From IMG/VR virus record IMGVR_UViG_2061766007_001954: a stretch of DNA of 27,054 nucleotides; one strand, written 5' to 3'. This DNA comes from an uncultured virus (IMG/VR IMGVR_UViG_2061766007_001954). Lineage: Duplodnaviria; Heunggongvirae; Uroviricota; Caudoviricetes. Below the pieces are notes generated by a model. That model made no database searches. It was given only the letters and a program-made list of their open reading frames with translations, and was not told the DNA's origin. Positions within the stretch are counted from its first letter, which is position 1, and every line of letters begins with the position of its first letter. The position numbers were made by a program, and so were the translations under genes. Shown piece by piece: positions 18,859 to 26,545 of the stretch.

Positions 18859-20715
18859 ATGCCTAATGACTATGTTAATCTGAAGAATCTGCAAGGGGCT
18901 GAGATCAAGCCCATTACAGATCTTGCTGCAATCAATCTTACCGAAGTTAACGGTATCGCAGTAGAAGGCAATACAATCGGTATTCAAGACGGCTATATCG
19001 AGTCCGCTTACTATACAGAAATGGTTGATCCGACCGTTGGACCAGCTGCTTCATCGTCTGCATATGTGGAAGGCGGTACTATTTATACACTGCTTGGTGG
19101 TTATGCTGTCACCTCTGCAATTAATACAGCATCTCCGTCTCAGCAGAAAGTTCCGTCTGAAGCAGCAGTTGTTTCTGCTTTTGATGATATCGTTGTTTCT
19201 GGCGCTTCGTATTATGCTGGTACAGGCATCAATATTGATGCTGGTCACACCGTCAGTGTTGCAAATGTTCCTACAAGTGCTGTTGCGGGTCTCGATACAC
19301 AGTTGACAGGTATCAGTGCATCTGTTGCTGGTAAGCAGGATGCTATTTCTGCTGGCTATAGAATGGAGCTTAACGGTACCACGCTGAGTCAGGCCAGATA
19401 TTTCCCAATTGAAAGTCCGACGAGCGCAACTATCACGCTTCAGGCTGGTCATGCTTATAAAATCCAAGCAACAGCTGGTAGTAAGACCCTCACAGCAGAG
19501 ACGATTCCAGCTAATCAGTTTGGTCTCGAGGGTCACGCAGAGATTTTTATAGCCAATACGGGCCTGATTAAAACTACTAGTTCTGTCGTTCTCGCAAACG
19601 CTCTTGAACCGGACGCGGTGAACAACTGTACCGTGCGATTCCATGACGGCCTTGCGATTATCTCTGTGGAAGACCACGTCGCGGGCTACATCGTCACTGT
19701 CAACGCCGGAACGACGGCGGGAAGTCTTTACTATGGCCTCGCAACCTCGACGAACGAGTACATAGCCGTGGATGCCTCGCTCAACGGTCAGACGCTCGAC
19801 CTCGGCGGCGCGGTCACGAACAGCGAGAAGCACGTGGTCGGCAACGGCTACACGGAAACCGTTATCTCTGGCGGCATCAATTGCACCTCGAAGACTACGT
19901 TCGCCAACCTCGGAATGAACGGCGTAATCGTCAGCTCCGGCACGCTCACGCTCGGCGATGTCTACATCCCGTCCGGTGCGACTGTCAGCGTAAGCGGCGG
20001 CGGGCTGGCGGTGGAGAAGGTCACGGGTAATGGCGGCACGGTTGATCTTGGCGGAACAAACATTAATCCGTCCGCAAATACCTCATTGGTTATGAGTGGC
20101 GTTACTATTAGTGGCGGTTCTGCTGCGAATGGAGGCAACTTTAATATCACTAGCGCCTCGGCATCAATCTATGATTGCACCATCACAAAAGGTGTGGGCT
20201 TATATCTCGGCGGAAACTTCCGTATCAACGGAACTGCTGTTGTGGTAGTAAGCGGATGCACTATTTCGGATGGTTCTGCGGAAGGCGGTGCTATGTATAT
20301 CCGCAATACTGCAAACGTAACGGTATCCGATACACTGTTTGAAGGTAACAATGTCAATGGCTCATATCTGTATATGGCTTGCATGGAAGCACTTGATACT
20401 ACTACAGTCACTCTTACCGGATGCACGTTTGGCACAAACCAACACCTATACTTTAACACGCCGAATGTCCTTTTAAACGGCTACAATAAAACGATTGCTC
20501 TAATGGGCGGAGGCTCAAGCGGTAAGATTACCATCACAAGCGGTGCCATTATCGACCTCACTGGCAACACGAACGCCACGCCGATTGCTCCGGGAGGGGG
20601 GATTACGTTCGGAGCGAACGTCACAGTTATTAATTCTGCGGGCGCAAGCGTTTCCCTCAATGGTGGCGAGGCGGGTTCCTGCACGGTTATCAAGAACGAT
20701 GGCACTACGGAATAA
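18859..20715 (+). CDS. Tail fibre/spike protein (618 aa) with a C-terminal right-handed beta-helix
   Basis: Fibre motifs VPSEAAV, AGTGINI and GKQDAISAG. C-terminal SGVTISGGSAANGG, SGCTISDGSAEGGAMY and FEGN repeats are typical of pectin-lyase-like beta-helices. Confidence 0.75.
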   Translation: MPNDYVNLKNLQGAEIKPITDLAAINLTEVNGIAVEGNTIGIQDGYIESAYYTEMVDPTVGPAASSSAYVEGGTIYTLLGGYAVTSAINTASPSQQKVPSEAAVVSAFDDIVVSGASYYAGTGINIDAGHTVSVANVPTSAVAGLDTQLTGISASVAGKQDAISAGYRMELNGTTLSQARYFPIESPTSATITLQAGHAYKIQATAGSKTLTAETIPANQFGLEGHAEIFIANTGLIKTTSSVVLANALEPDAVNNCTVRFHDGLAIISVEDHVAGYIVTVNAGTTAGSLYYGLATSTNEYIAVDASLNGQTLDLGGAVTNSEKHVVGNGYTETVISGGINCTSKTTFANLGMNGVIVSSGTLTLGDVYIPSGATVSVSGGGLAVEKVTGNGGTVDLGGTNINPSANTSLVMSGVTISGGSAANGGNFNITSASASIYDCTITKGVGLYLGGNFRINGTAVVVVSGCTISDGSAEGGAMYIRNTANVTVSDTLFEGNNVNGSYLYMACMEALDTTTVTLTGCTFGTNQHLYFNTPNVLLNGYNKTIALMGGGSSGKITITSGAIIDLTGNTNATPIAPGGGITFGANVTVINSAGASVSLNGGEAGSCTVIKNDGTTE

Positions 20716-20727
20716 GGAGGCACTACC

Positions 20728-20820
20728 ATGAAGACTTTTACCATTGACGGAAAAACCTACAACAAGCTCCCTGACCCCTGCAAAGGGGTCTCCCCCATGA
20801 CCGAAGAGCGCTTTGCATAA
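20728..20820 (+). pseudogene. 30-aa ORF with strong RBS, probably the truncated remnant of a gene acquired with the fibre tip
   Basis: TAAGGAGG 7 nt before the ATG. Translates MKTFTIDGKTYNKLPDPCKGVSPMTEERFA*. GC-ending codons match the fibre tip, and AT-rich sequence follows immediately. Confidence 0.55.
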
Positions 20821-20849
20821 ACGCAAAGTAAGGTATTGTATAGATACAC

Positions 20850-20887
20850 AAAGCCCGTGGCCTGAACAACCACGGGCTTTTATTATT
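20850..20887. terminator. Probably bidirectional intrinsic terminator
   Basis: Perfect 11-bp stem AAAGCCCGTGG-(CCTGAACAA)-CCACGGGCTTT followed by TATTATT, lying between convergent transcription units. Confidence 0.85.
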
Positions 20888-20933
20888 GTCGGTGCTGTGC
20901 TTTTGATATGCACATCACTGGCTCCGGCTACGC

Positions 20934-21251
20934 CTACGCCCCATCTCGCACCACACTGAGCTCATACTCATCAGGATGAAGTCCAACAACATATAAATCT
21001 GTAATAAGATCCTCTTTTGTGCGCTCTATATCATGAACTGGATCCTTAATGATAAACGTAGTGAAAACACCGCTGCTGCCGGCTATATCAATATATAAAT
21101 GATATGGTGGCTCCGGCGTGAGNNNNNNNNNNNNNNNNNNNNTATTCAGCGGCCACAACGGACTATTAAGGTTGTTAAACCTCCCGTGCATAAAATGTTT
21201 GAATCGCTCGACCGCCCAGGGCCTTATAACAATCTTTATATATTCACTCAT
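20934..21251 (-). CDS. Hypothetical protein (~105 aa, contains an N gap)
   Basis: ATGA overlap with the stop of the upstream GIY-YIG gene. The frame is preserved across a 21-N gap. Confidence 0.55.
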   Translation of the reverse strand: MSEYIKIVIRPWAVERFKHFMHGRFNNLNSPLWPLNXXXXXXXLTPEPPYHLYIDIAGSSGVFTTFIIKDPVHDIERTKEDLITDLYVVGLHPDEYELSVVRDGA

Positions 21252-21904
21252 GCCGGAGATACCTTGCTAAGGTGATAAGGAGTACCCTTCTTCATGCCTA
21301 CAACAGTGTGCATACCTCCGTCTCGGCGGAATGATCCGGCTATGACAGGCTGACTCACACCAAGCGCCTTGGCAGCATCCCTCATAGAGCGATATGTAGT
21401 ATTGGTCTCACGACAATAAACGCGAACAGGCGCCCAAACGCCCCCACCGTTGCCCTTTTCAGCAGCATCCAACATTTCAGCACGCCATTTGGGATCTTGC
21501 CAATTGGCCTTCATACGCTTGCTGAAGCCGGCACGCCACTCATCGTTATTACGCTGTTTCTGCAAGGTAGCTGCAATCTTCTGAGATCTAGCAAATGCCT
21601 GCTCTGCTGTATATGTATGATAACCACCGCGAAAGATATTATAGCCTTTTTCTGGATTAGTTGTGTCGTATGCCGCGATATAATAACGCTCCCAATCGGC
21701 AGCTTCTTCTGCTGTGAGTTCGTCAACCAGAATCTCATATTCGAAATTCTGATAGCCGTCGGTTTTAATTGCCTGAGAAAAGCGCTGATTATTGCGATAG
21801 AAGATCATTCTGCTACCAGCACGTTCTTCTACCGTCTTGGATGTGCAGCCTATGTAGCGCTTACCATCCAACTTGTTAATCCAGCAATAGACTTTATATG
21901 CCAT
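21248..21904 (-). CDS. Free-standing GIY-YIG endonuclease (218 aa) with a C-terminal NUMOD1-like HTH
   Basis: KVY-x(10)-YIG motif, Arg of EERAG, conserved E in WERYYI and GYN. C-terminal VYCRETNTTYRSMRDAAKALGV is NUMOD1-like. Confidence 0.9.
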   Translation of the reverse strand: MAYKVYCWINKLDGKRYIGCTSKTVEERAGSRMIFYRNNQRFSQAIKTDGYQNFEYEILVDELTAEEAADWERYYIAAYDTTNPEKGYNIFRGGYHTYTAEQAFARSQKIAATLQKQRNNDEWRAGFSKRMKANWQDPKWRAEMLDAAEKGNGGGVWAPVRVYCRETNTTYRSMRDAAKALGVSQPVIAGSFRRDGGMHTVVGMKKGTPYHLSKVSPA

Positions 21905-21946
21905 GGGTGTCTCCTGTATTGTGGTTGATACCTCTATAGTAACATA
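21905..21946 (-). promoter_or_regulatory. Putative extended -10 promoter and RBS of GIY-YIG gene 1
   Basis: Minus strand reads TGTTACTAT (21944-21936), AACCACAA (21926-21919), AGGAGA (21915-21910), then ATG. Confidence 0.55.
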
Positions 21947-22976
21947 TCAGGAGATGACGTATCTTGTCAGTGTATAAGGCGTTCCCTTGCGCGTGCCCAC
22001 CATAAACGTGTTGATGCCCAATCGAGCGTAGCGGCCCATAATCGACTGGAACTTGATATTAAGCGCTTTCTCGGCATCACCGATGGTCTCATAGATAGTG
22101 TCTGTCTCCTTGCAATACAGATGCACTGGTTTATAAGGTCCGCACTGTTTGCCTGTTGCCTTTCTGGCTGCTAATATATGGGCCTTCATTACAGGATCTG
22201 CCCACATCTGNNNNNNNNNNTTTTCTGGCTGCTAATATATGGGCCTTCATTACAGGATCTGCCCACATCTGTTTCATTCTGGCAGTACGTTTAGCTTTAA
22301 TTTCAGGATCGCTCCACATACGCTTCAGTCCCTCACTCATAGCTGCTCGGAAAGATGGATCCTTCACTCTGGCTGGCATCTCCTTACTGAGGCGTTTTCT
22401 ATAGGCCTGCATCTTAGGGCTGTTAGCAAGTGCTTCTTTTGTTCGTTGTCGCTGTTTAGCCAGTGTGGCTTCGGTCTGATGATTGATGCCGCCTTTGTCG
22501 ATATTATAGCCATAAGCTGGATTACGGGTTCTGTAGCGTCGGATATAGTTACGTTCTTTTTGATCAGCTTCTTCCAGTGTGAGCCCGGATGCCAGTATCT
22601 TGCACTCAAATGCATCTTCACCATATTTTTGAATAGCATTCCAGAAATGTGGTGTCTGACAATAACCATGCATGTGGGAACCAGCACGTTTGTTCATTGT
22701 CTGACAGGNNNNNNNNNNGATCTTGCACTCAAATGCATCTTCACCATATTTTTGAATAGCATTCCAGAANNNNNNNNNNATCGGAAGCCCCCTTCTGCAG
22801 CCTTGAGATGTGTGCCTGGAGTACATGGGAGTACGGTGTCTTACTGGGCTCNNNNNNNNNNAACAATAACCATGCATGTGGGAACCAGCACGTTTGTTCA
22901 TTGTCTGACAGGTCATGCCGACATAACGCTTACCGTTGACCTTATTGATCCAACAGTACACTTTATAGCTTGACAT
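21947..22976 (-). CDS. Second free-standing GIY-YIG endonuclease (about 250 aa once assembly overlaps are collapsed), paralogue of 21248..21904
   Basis: MSSYKVYCWINKVNGKRYVGMT...KERNYI...GYNIDKGG...LYCKETDTIYETIGDAEKALNI...GTPYTL. The ORF-track entries 22131..22976 and 21947..22207 join into one frame when the 50-bp gap-flanking duplicates are removed. Confidence 0.85.
22161..22912. other. Assembly artefact zone: 10-N gaps flanked by 50-bp duplicated segments (strain bubbles)
   Basis: 22161-22210=22222-22271, 22597-22646=22720-22769 and 22659-22708=22863-22912. Each duplicate is preceded by one differing base. Confidence 0.85.
22780..22851 (+). repeat. 72-bp gap-bounded variant copy of 26812..26883
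   Basis: Identical apart from 4 substitutions, all in the first 22 bp. Three are synonymous and one is Ser>Pro in the frame of the 26546 gene. Confidence 0.9.
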
Positions 22977-23030
22977 ATGATCTCCTTTTGTTGTGGTTAC
23001 AACTACTGTAGCAGCGTGTTACTGTAAGAA
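22977..23030 (-). promoter_or_regulatory. Putative extended -10 promoter and RBS of GIY-YIG gene 2, with a TACTGTA direct repeat
   Basis: Minus strand reads TGCTACAGT (23013-23005), AACCACAA (22998-22991), AGGAGA (22986-22981). TACTGTA occurs at 23004 and 23020. Confidence 0.5.
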
Positions 23031-23065
23031 GCGATGAACTAGAACAGTTTATAGGAGAATGTATT

Positions 23066-23788
23066 ATGTTATCGTGTGCTTCATGCGGATATGTACCGAA
23101 TCCTCGGATTCCTTATTTAGAGTCACCTTGTGCTACATGCAAATTAGCGAACGACTCGCCTACCACCAAAAGACCTGCTTTATTTGATACAGAGAAAGTA
23201 TGCACGAAAGACGGAGAAGAAGCTTCCTATCTGGCACGTGTAGATAAGGCGCTGGAAGCAGCCGGAGATGATCCGCCGCCAGAACCTAAGTTTGATAAAC
23301 TGACTCCGGATATGCTGCAGACACTGCGAAAGATTATGGAAGAGCAGATCTACAGCGTGTTAGCAGGTACTATTGTAAAACTTCTGAAGATAGGCAAGAT
23401 CAGTCCTGTGATGCTGGAATTGGTGCTGAAAAAGATGCAATATCCTTTGATGTCATATTCCGAGCTGGGTGCCTCTATGAAAGAACCGTTTTCAAAACAG
23501 AACGTGTTATATCATCTGAAGCATGCTGTAGATCTGATGCCAGAGCTGTCGTCTGTGCTGCTTACAGATACCAGGTTCAGTGGTGGAAGGTATGCATTGA
23601 AGACAATAGCAAATAAAAGACGTGAGGAAGATGCTTACAGACGCATAAGAGGGTTGCTTTATGGAGATCAGAATCCAGATATGCAAGCCAAATCTATGAA
23701 AGAGCTGAATGCGATTCTGCATGCTCCATTCATGGTTACAGAAGAGGCCTTAAACTTTAATGCCTATATTCAGGATGAGAAAGAATGA
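23066..23788 (+). CDS. Putative transcription regulator (240 aa): N-terminal C4 zinc finger plus WhiA-C/sigma-region-4-like HTH
   Basis: AGGAG RBS. CASC...CATC at the N-terminus. YPLMSYSELGASMKEPFSKQNVLYHLK resembles the WhiA C-terminal HTH pattern (P-x-x-S-L-x-E-L-G...P-x-x-K-x-x-V-x-H-R-L). Confidence 0.55.
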   Translation: MLSCASCGYVPNPRIPYLESPCATCKLANDSPTTKRPALFDTEKVCTKDGEEASYLARVDKALEAAGDDPPPEPKFDKLTPDMLQTLRKIMEEQIYSVLAGTIVKLLKIGKISPVMLELVLKKMQYPLMSYSELGASMKEPFSKQNVLYHLKHAVDLMPELSSVLLTDTRFSGGRYALKTIANKRREEDAYRRIRGLLYGDQNPDMQAKSMKELNAILHAPFMVTEEALNFNAYIQDEKE

Positions 23789-24891
23789 AGTTACATCCAG
23801 ATGTTTATAAGCTGCAGGATCCAAGGATTGATGCTATTTTGCATGGCAGGCTGTCGATTGAGAGCTTTGCCAGAACGATAAGACCTAATGATCCATTGGT
23901 GCTGATAGAAGACACTATCTATGTTCTATCAGAAAATGAGTTTTATTCAACACGTTCAGTCAGACGTATTACAGACGAATATGAAAAAGCATTCGACTAT
24001 GTGCTGAATATGCAGGATTTGTCTATGATGACTGCGGAAGAGCAGCAACTGATTGCAAAAATAAAGAAGGAGCTGCCGACATGTCCAGTCTGTAAATATA
24101 AGAGATATAGGCATGCTATTTATAGGCTTGCGAGGCATTATAAACTCCCAGTGCCACTGGAAGATAAATCGATCATCGAGCCCGTGAAATATCCCGCTGT
24201 AAAGGCTACAATTGCTTCCACAGTAACCGGTATGCTTGACCATTTATATGAAGTACCTGCACCCGACAGAAAGCCTTGTATTGATTGTGTTGAAAAGCAT
24301 GTAGCGCAGGCTTATATATTGGCACAAGAATCAGAAATGGGCTATCCGGAACATAGGGTACTTATGTGCGGTCATCTCGCAGAAGCTATCGATGAAGCGC
24401 CTAATGACATCCCAGAACTGAAGTTTACTTTGCAGACATGCCTTGCTGAGACGATGAAGACCGACAAGGCATTTATGCCATTGTATCCTATACTGGCATT
24501 GATCAAAATGATTAGGCAGCATATTAATCAGGATCCTGTGGATGATGACTCTAGGATAGAAGCACCGCCTGTAACGGATACGATTGATTTAGTTCCTGAA
24601 ATTCGTGAGGAGCTTAAAAGTATGCCTGACGAATTAAGGTTAAAAGTCTATGGTACTGCTGTGGAGATACGAAACTCTATACTCGAGTATAAGCTGAGCA
24701 AGAAAGAAGAACCACGGATCCGATATGAAGGACTCGTGGCTAATCTTGCAGAAGCTGTCGTAAATGTTGCCCCGCTGTTTGCGAATATGCTCAGGAACCG
24801 TCGCCTGCTGTTTGTGGCAGATCCTGCGCTAGCGGTGGATGCTGGCTACAATTTTGAGGATATTATAGAAGCAGCTCAATCGTTACGTTGA
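23785..24891 (+). CDS. Hypothetical protein (368 aa) with probable metal-binding motifs
   Basis: ATGA coupling. Contains CPVC and RKPCIDCVEKHVAQA...E...GYPEH...GHLAEA. Confidence 0.65.
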   Translation: MKLHPDVYKLQDPRIDAILHGRLSIESFARTIRPNDPLVLIEDTIYVLSENEFYSTRSVRRITDEYEKAFDYVLNMQDLSMMTAEEQQLIAKIKKELPTCPVCKYKRYRHAIYRLARHYKLPVPLEDKSIIEPVKYPAVKATIASTVTGMLDHLYEVPAPDRKPCIDCVEKHVAQAYILAQESEMGYPEHRVLMCGHLAEAIDEAPNDIPELKFTLQTCLAETMKTDKAFMPLYPILALIKMIRQHINQDPVDDDSRIEAPPVTDTIDLVPEIREELKSMPDELRLKVYGTAVEIRNSILEYKLSKKEEPRIRYEGLVANLAEAVVNVAPLFANMLRNRRLLFVADPALAVDAGYNFEDIIEAAQSLR

Positions 24892-25305
24892 TAGAAAACT
24901 CTGTCGAGACGCTCGGTGCCGCTCTGTAGATCCGCTGATTGTAATGGTAGTGCCTTTGATTTCTGTGTCGTTCATTTGATTATAAAGCAAGACTAAGGTG
25001 TTGATATCATTGATTATGCTTTGCTGTACTTTGGTAGCGATAGCAATAGTGTCGAAGATCATTTCGATATCGTTAGTGCGGAAATAACACATCTCAGGAT
25101 CTTCATGGTCAGGAAATTCAACCAGCTCACTCAGATTACAGACATGGCTGAACCGATAATTAACATTCTTCGGATCAGCGCTCTTAGGAAGGCACTCTAT
25201 AGCAAAGACAGCAGCAGGCATATCATCGGACGCTGTTTGTATAGAAAGTTTAACAGTGGTACCCTTAAGCTCTGTGATATCGGCTACAACAGTAATTTCA
25301 CTCAT
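24883..25305 (-). CDS. Hypothetical protein (140 aa)
   Basis: Likely start is the ATG at 25305 with GAGG upstream, just after the stop of 25314..25547. Translates MSEITVVAD...FSHVCNLSELVEFP...YFRTNDIE. Confidence 0.7.
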   Translation of the reverse strand: MSEITVVADITELKGTTVKLSIQTASDDMPAAVFAIECLPKSADPKNVNYRFSHVCNLSELVEFPDHEDPEMCYFRTNDIEMIFDTIAIATKVQQSIINDINTLVLLYNQMNDTEIKGTTITISGSTERHRASRQSFLST

Positions 25306-25313
25306 ATGAAACC

Positions 25314-25547
25314 TCACTTCAATAGAATTCCGCATATAGCGGTCGGTAACGGGAACAACCCTCTGCAGTAATCTAAGAACTTAGGGTCGTGCATGTATTT
25401 AACAATGGCTATGCGTAATAGATCGCTGATCTTCTGATGTTTGGCGGCGCAAGTACCACAGCGCTTTAGAGCTGCTGACGCTGCCGCTATCAATGGATAG
25501 CCAGCAGGTGGATTCTCAAGCAATGTCATAGCGTCTCTGGTGAGCAT
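25314..25547 (-). CDS. Small hypothetical protein (77 aa) with CxxC
   Basis: GAAGG upstream. Contains CGTC and is co-oriented with 24883..25305. Confidence 0.6.
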   Translation of the reverse strand: MLTRDAMTLLENPPAGYPLIAAASAALKRCGTCAAKHQKISDLLRIAIVKYMHDPKFLDYCRGLFPLPTAICGILLK

Positions 25548-25598
25548 ATTTACCTTCTGTGTTTATATTAAAGATAACTCCTTGAAAGGGACATTATA

Positions 25599-26534
25599 AT
25601 GGAATCGTTAAGTAAAGAATGCTTTGCGGATCAGTATAACTGCAAATATCCTATCTATACGAAAGAAGCTGCTGAGGAGTCCTATAAGGCATATTGCCAG
25701 GATAAAAACAGCATACTTGATTGTTTTAAGAGCGAGATCGAGGCGAATTTTGCAAAAGCAGCCAGCTTCCACGGAATCGAACTGAGAGAACCTGTGGTTA
25801 AGCAGGCATCTGTTGAAATGCATCTTATTGCCGAAGAGGGTGCCTCAGAAGGCATCTCCATGCCTATTCTGCGTGAAATGGCTGATGTTAGCCGCGCTCA
25901 GAGCTATCTGCTCGAGAAGAGGGCTTCAGAGCCTCTTAAAACGCTTCGTGAGGGCGCGAAATACGTGATTTGGACAGCTGCAAACATGGAAAATGGGCTT
26001 GATTTGGCAAATATGAGTAAAACAGCCCGTATTGCAGGCGTTGGTGTCGGGGACAAAGAAGAAATTCTGGATCAATTCGACAAAAGAGCTACACTTATCG
26101 AACTTCCTGTGGATCAGCAAACAGCATTCTGGGCATTTTCTCGTGGTTTGCATGAGATTTCTGACGAGGAGTTCTATAAATCGGCAAATTTGAACAAAAT
26201 CGCTGATACAATGGACGAAATCGACCGTATGTACGGTCTGAATTCCTACTATGGCAAGCATCTGGGTGGTTCCACGCTCATAGCGCCTGAAGATGTATGC
26301 TTCGGTCAGACGCTTGATGATCTTACCAAAGAAGCATCTGATATGCTGCACATTCCGTCTATTGATACTGTAATAAGCAAGAAAGCGCTTCTGGAGCGCA
26401 AAGATGGCGTGAATTCGTTCTTTACTGGCTATTTTGGTGCCGAAAAGATAGAAGATGACGCCAAAATGATCGAAAAAGTGGCTTCTCTGGATAAGAATAC
26501 CGCTGAAGCGCTGCTTAACAGTCTTGAAGACTAA
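25599..26534 (+). CDS. Hypothetical acidic protein (311 aa) rich in K-x-A(S) motifs, possibly an internal head protein
   Basis: AAGGGA RBS and a clean ORF. 11 of 25 Lys are in K-x-A context by manual count. Confidence 0.7.
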   Translation: MESLSKECFADQYNCKYPIYTKEAAEESYKAYCQDKNSILDCFKSEIEANFAKAASFHGIELREPVVKQASVEMHLIAEEGASEGISMPILREMADVSRAQSYLLEKRASEPLKTLREGAKYVIWTAANMENGLDLANMSKTARIAGVGVGDKEEILDQFDKRATLIELPVDQQTAFWAFSRGLHEISDEEFYKSANLNKIADTMDEIDRMYGLNSYYGKHLGGSTLIAPEDVCFGQTLDDLTKEASDMLHIPSIDTVISKKALLERKDGVNSFFTGYFGAEKIEDDAKMIEKVASLDKNTAEALLNSLED

Positions 26535-26545
26535 GGAAACTACCT

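Noticed and set aside
20773..20790. Hairpin GACCCCT-GCAA-AGGGGTC as a terminator
   Set aside because: It lies inside the small ORF and lacks a U-tract. A better terminator lies at 20850.
20888..20904. GTCGGTGCTGTGCTTTT resembling a tracrRNA 3' end
   Set aside because: Short match with no complementary stem, no anti-repeat and no cas genes.
489..20913. Many antisense and alternate-frame ORFs (e.g. 10127..11194 -, 19051..19833 -, 12094..12753 -)
   Set aside because: They are shadows of long + strand genes, with atypical composition and no recognisable motifs.
22161..22912. CRISPR-like or guide array, or a frameshifted pseudogene, within endonuclease 2
   Set aside because: The repeats are exact 50-bp overlaps beside 10-N gaps, each preceded by a single SNP. 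Collapsing them restores one intact ORF.
21248..22976. Group I intron hosting the GIY-YIG genes
   Set aside because: No split host gene, and the intergenic space is too short for a ribozyme core. Each gene has its own RBS.
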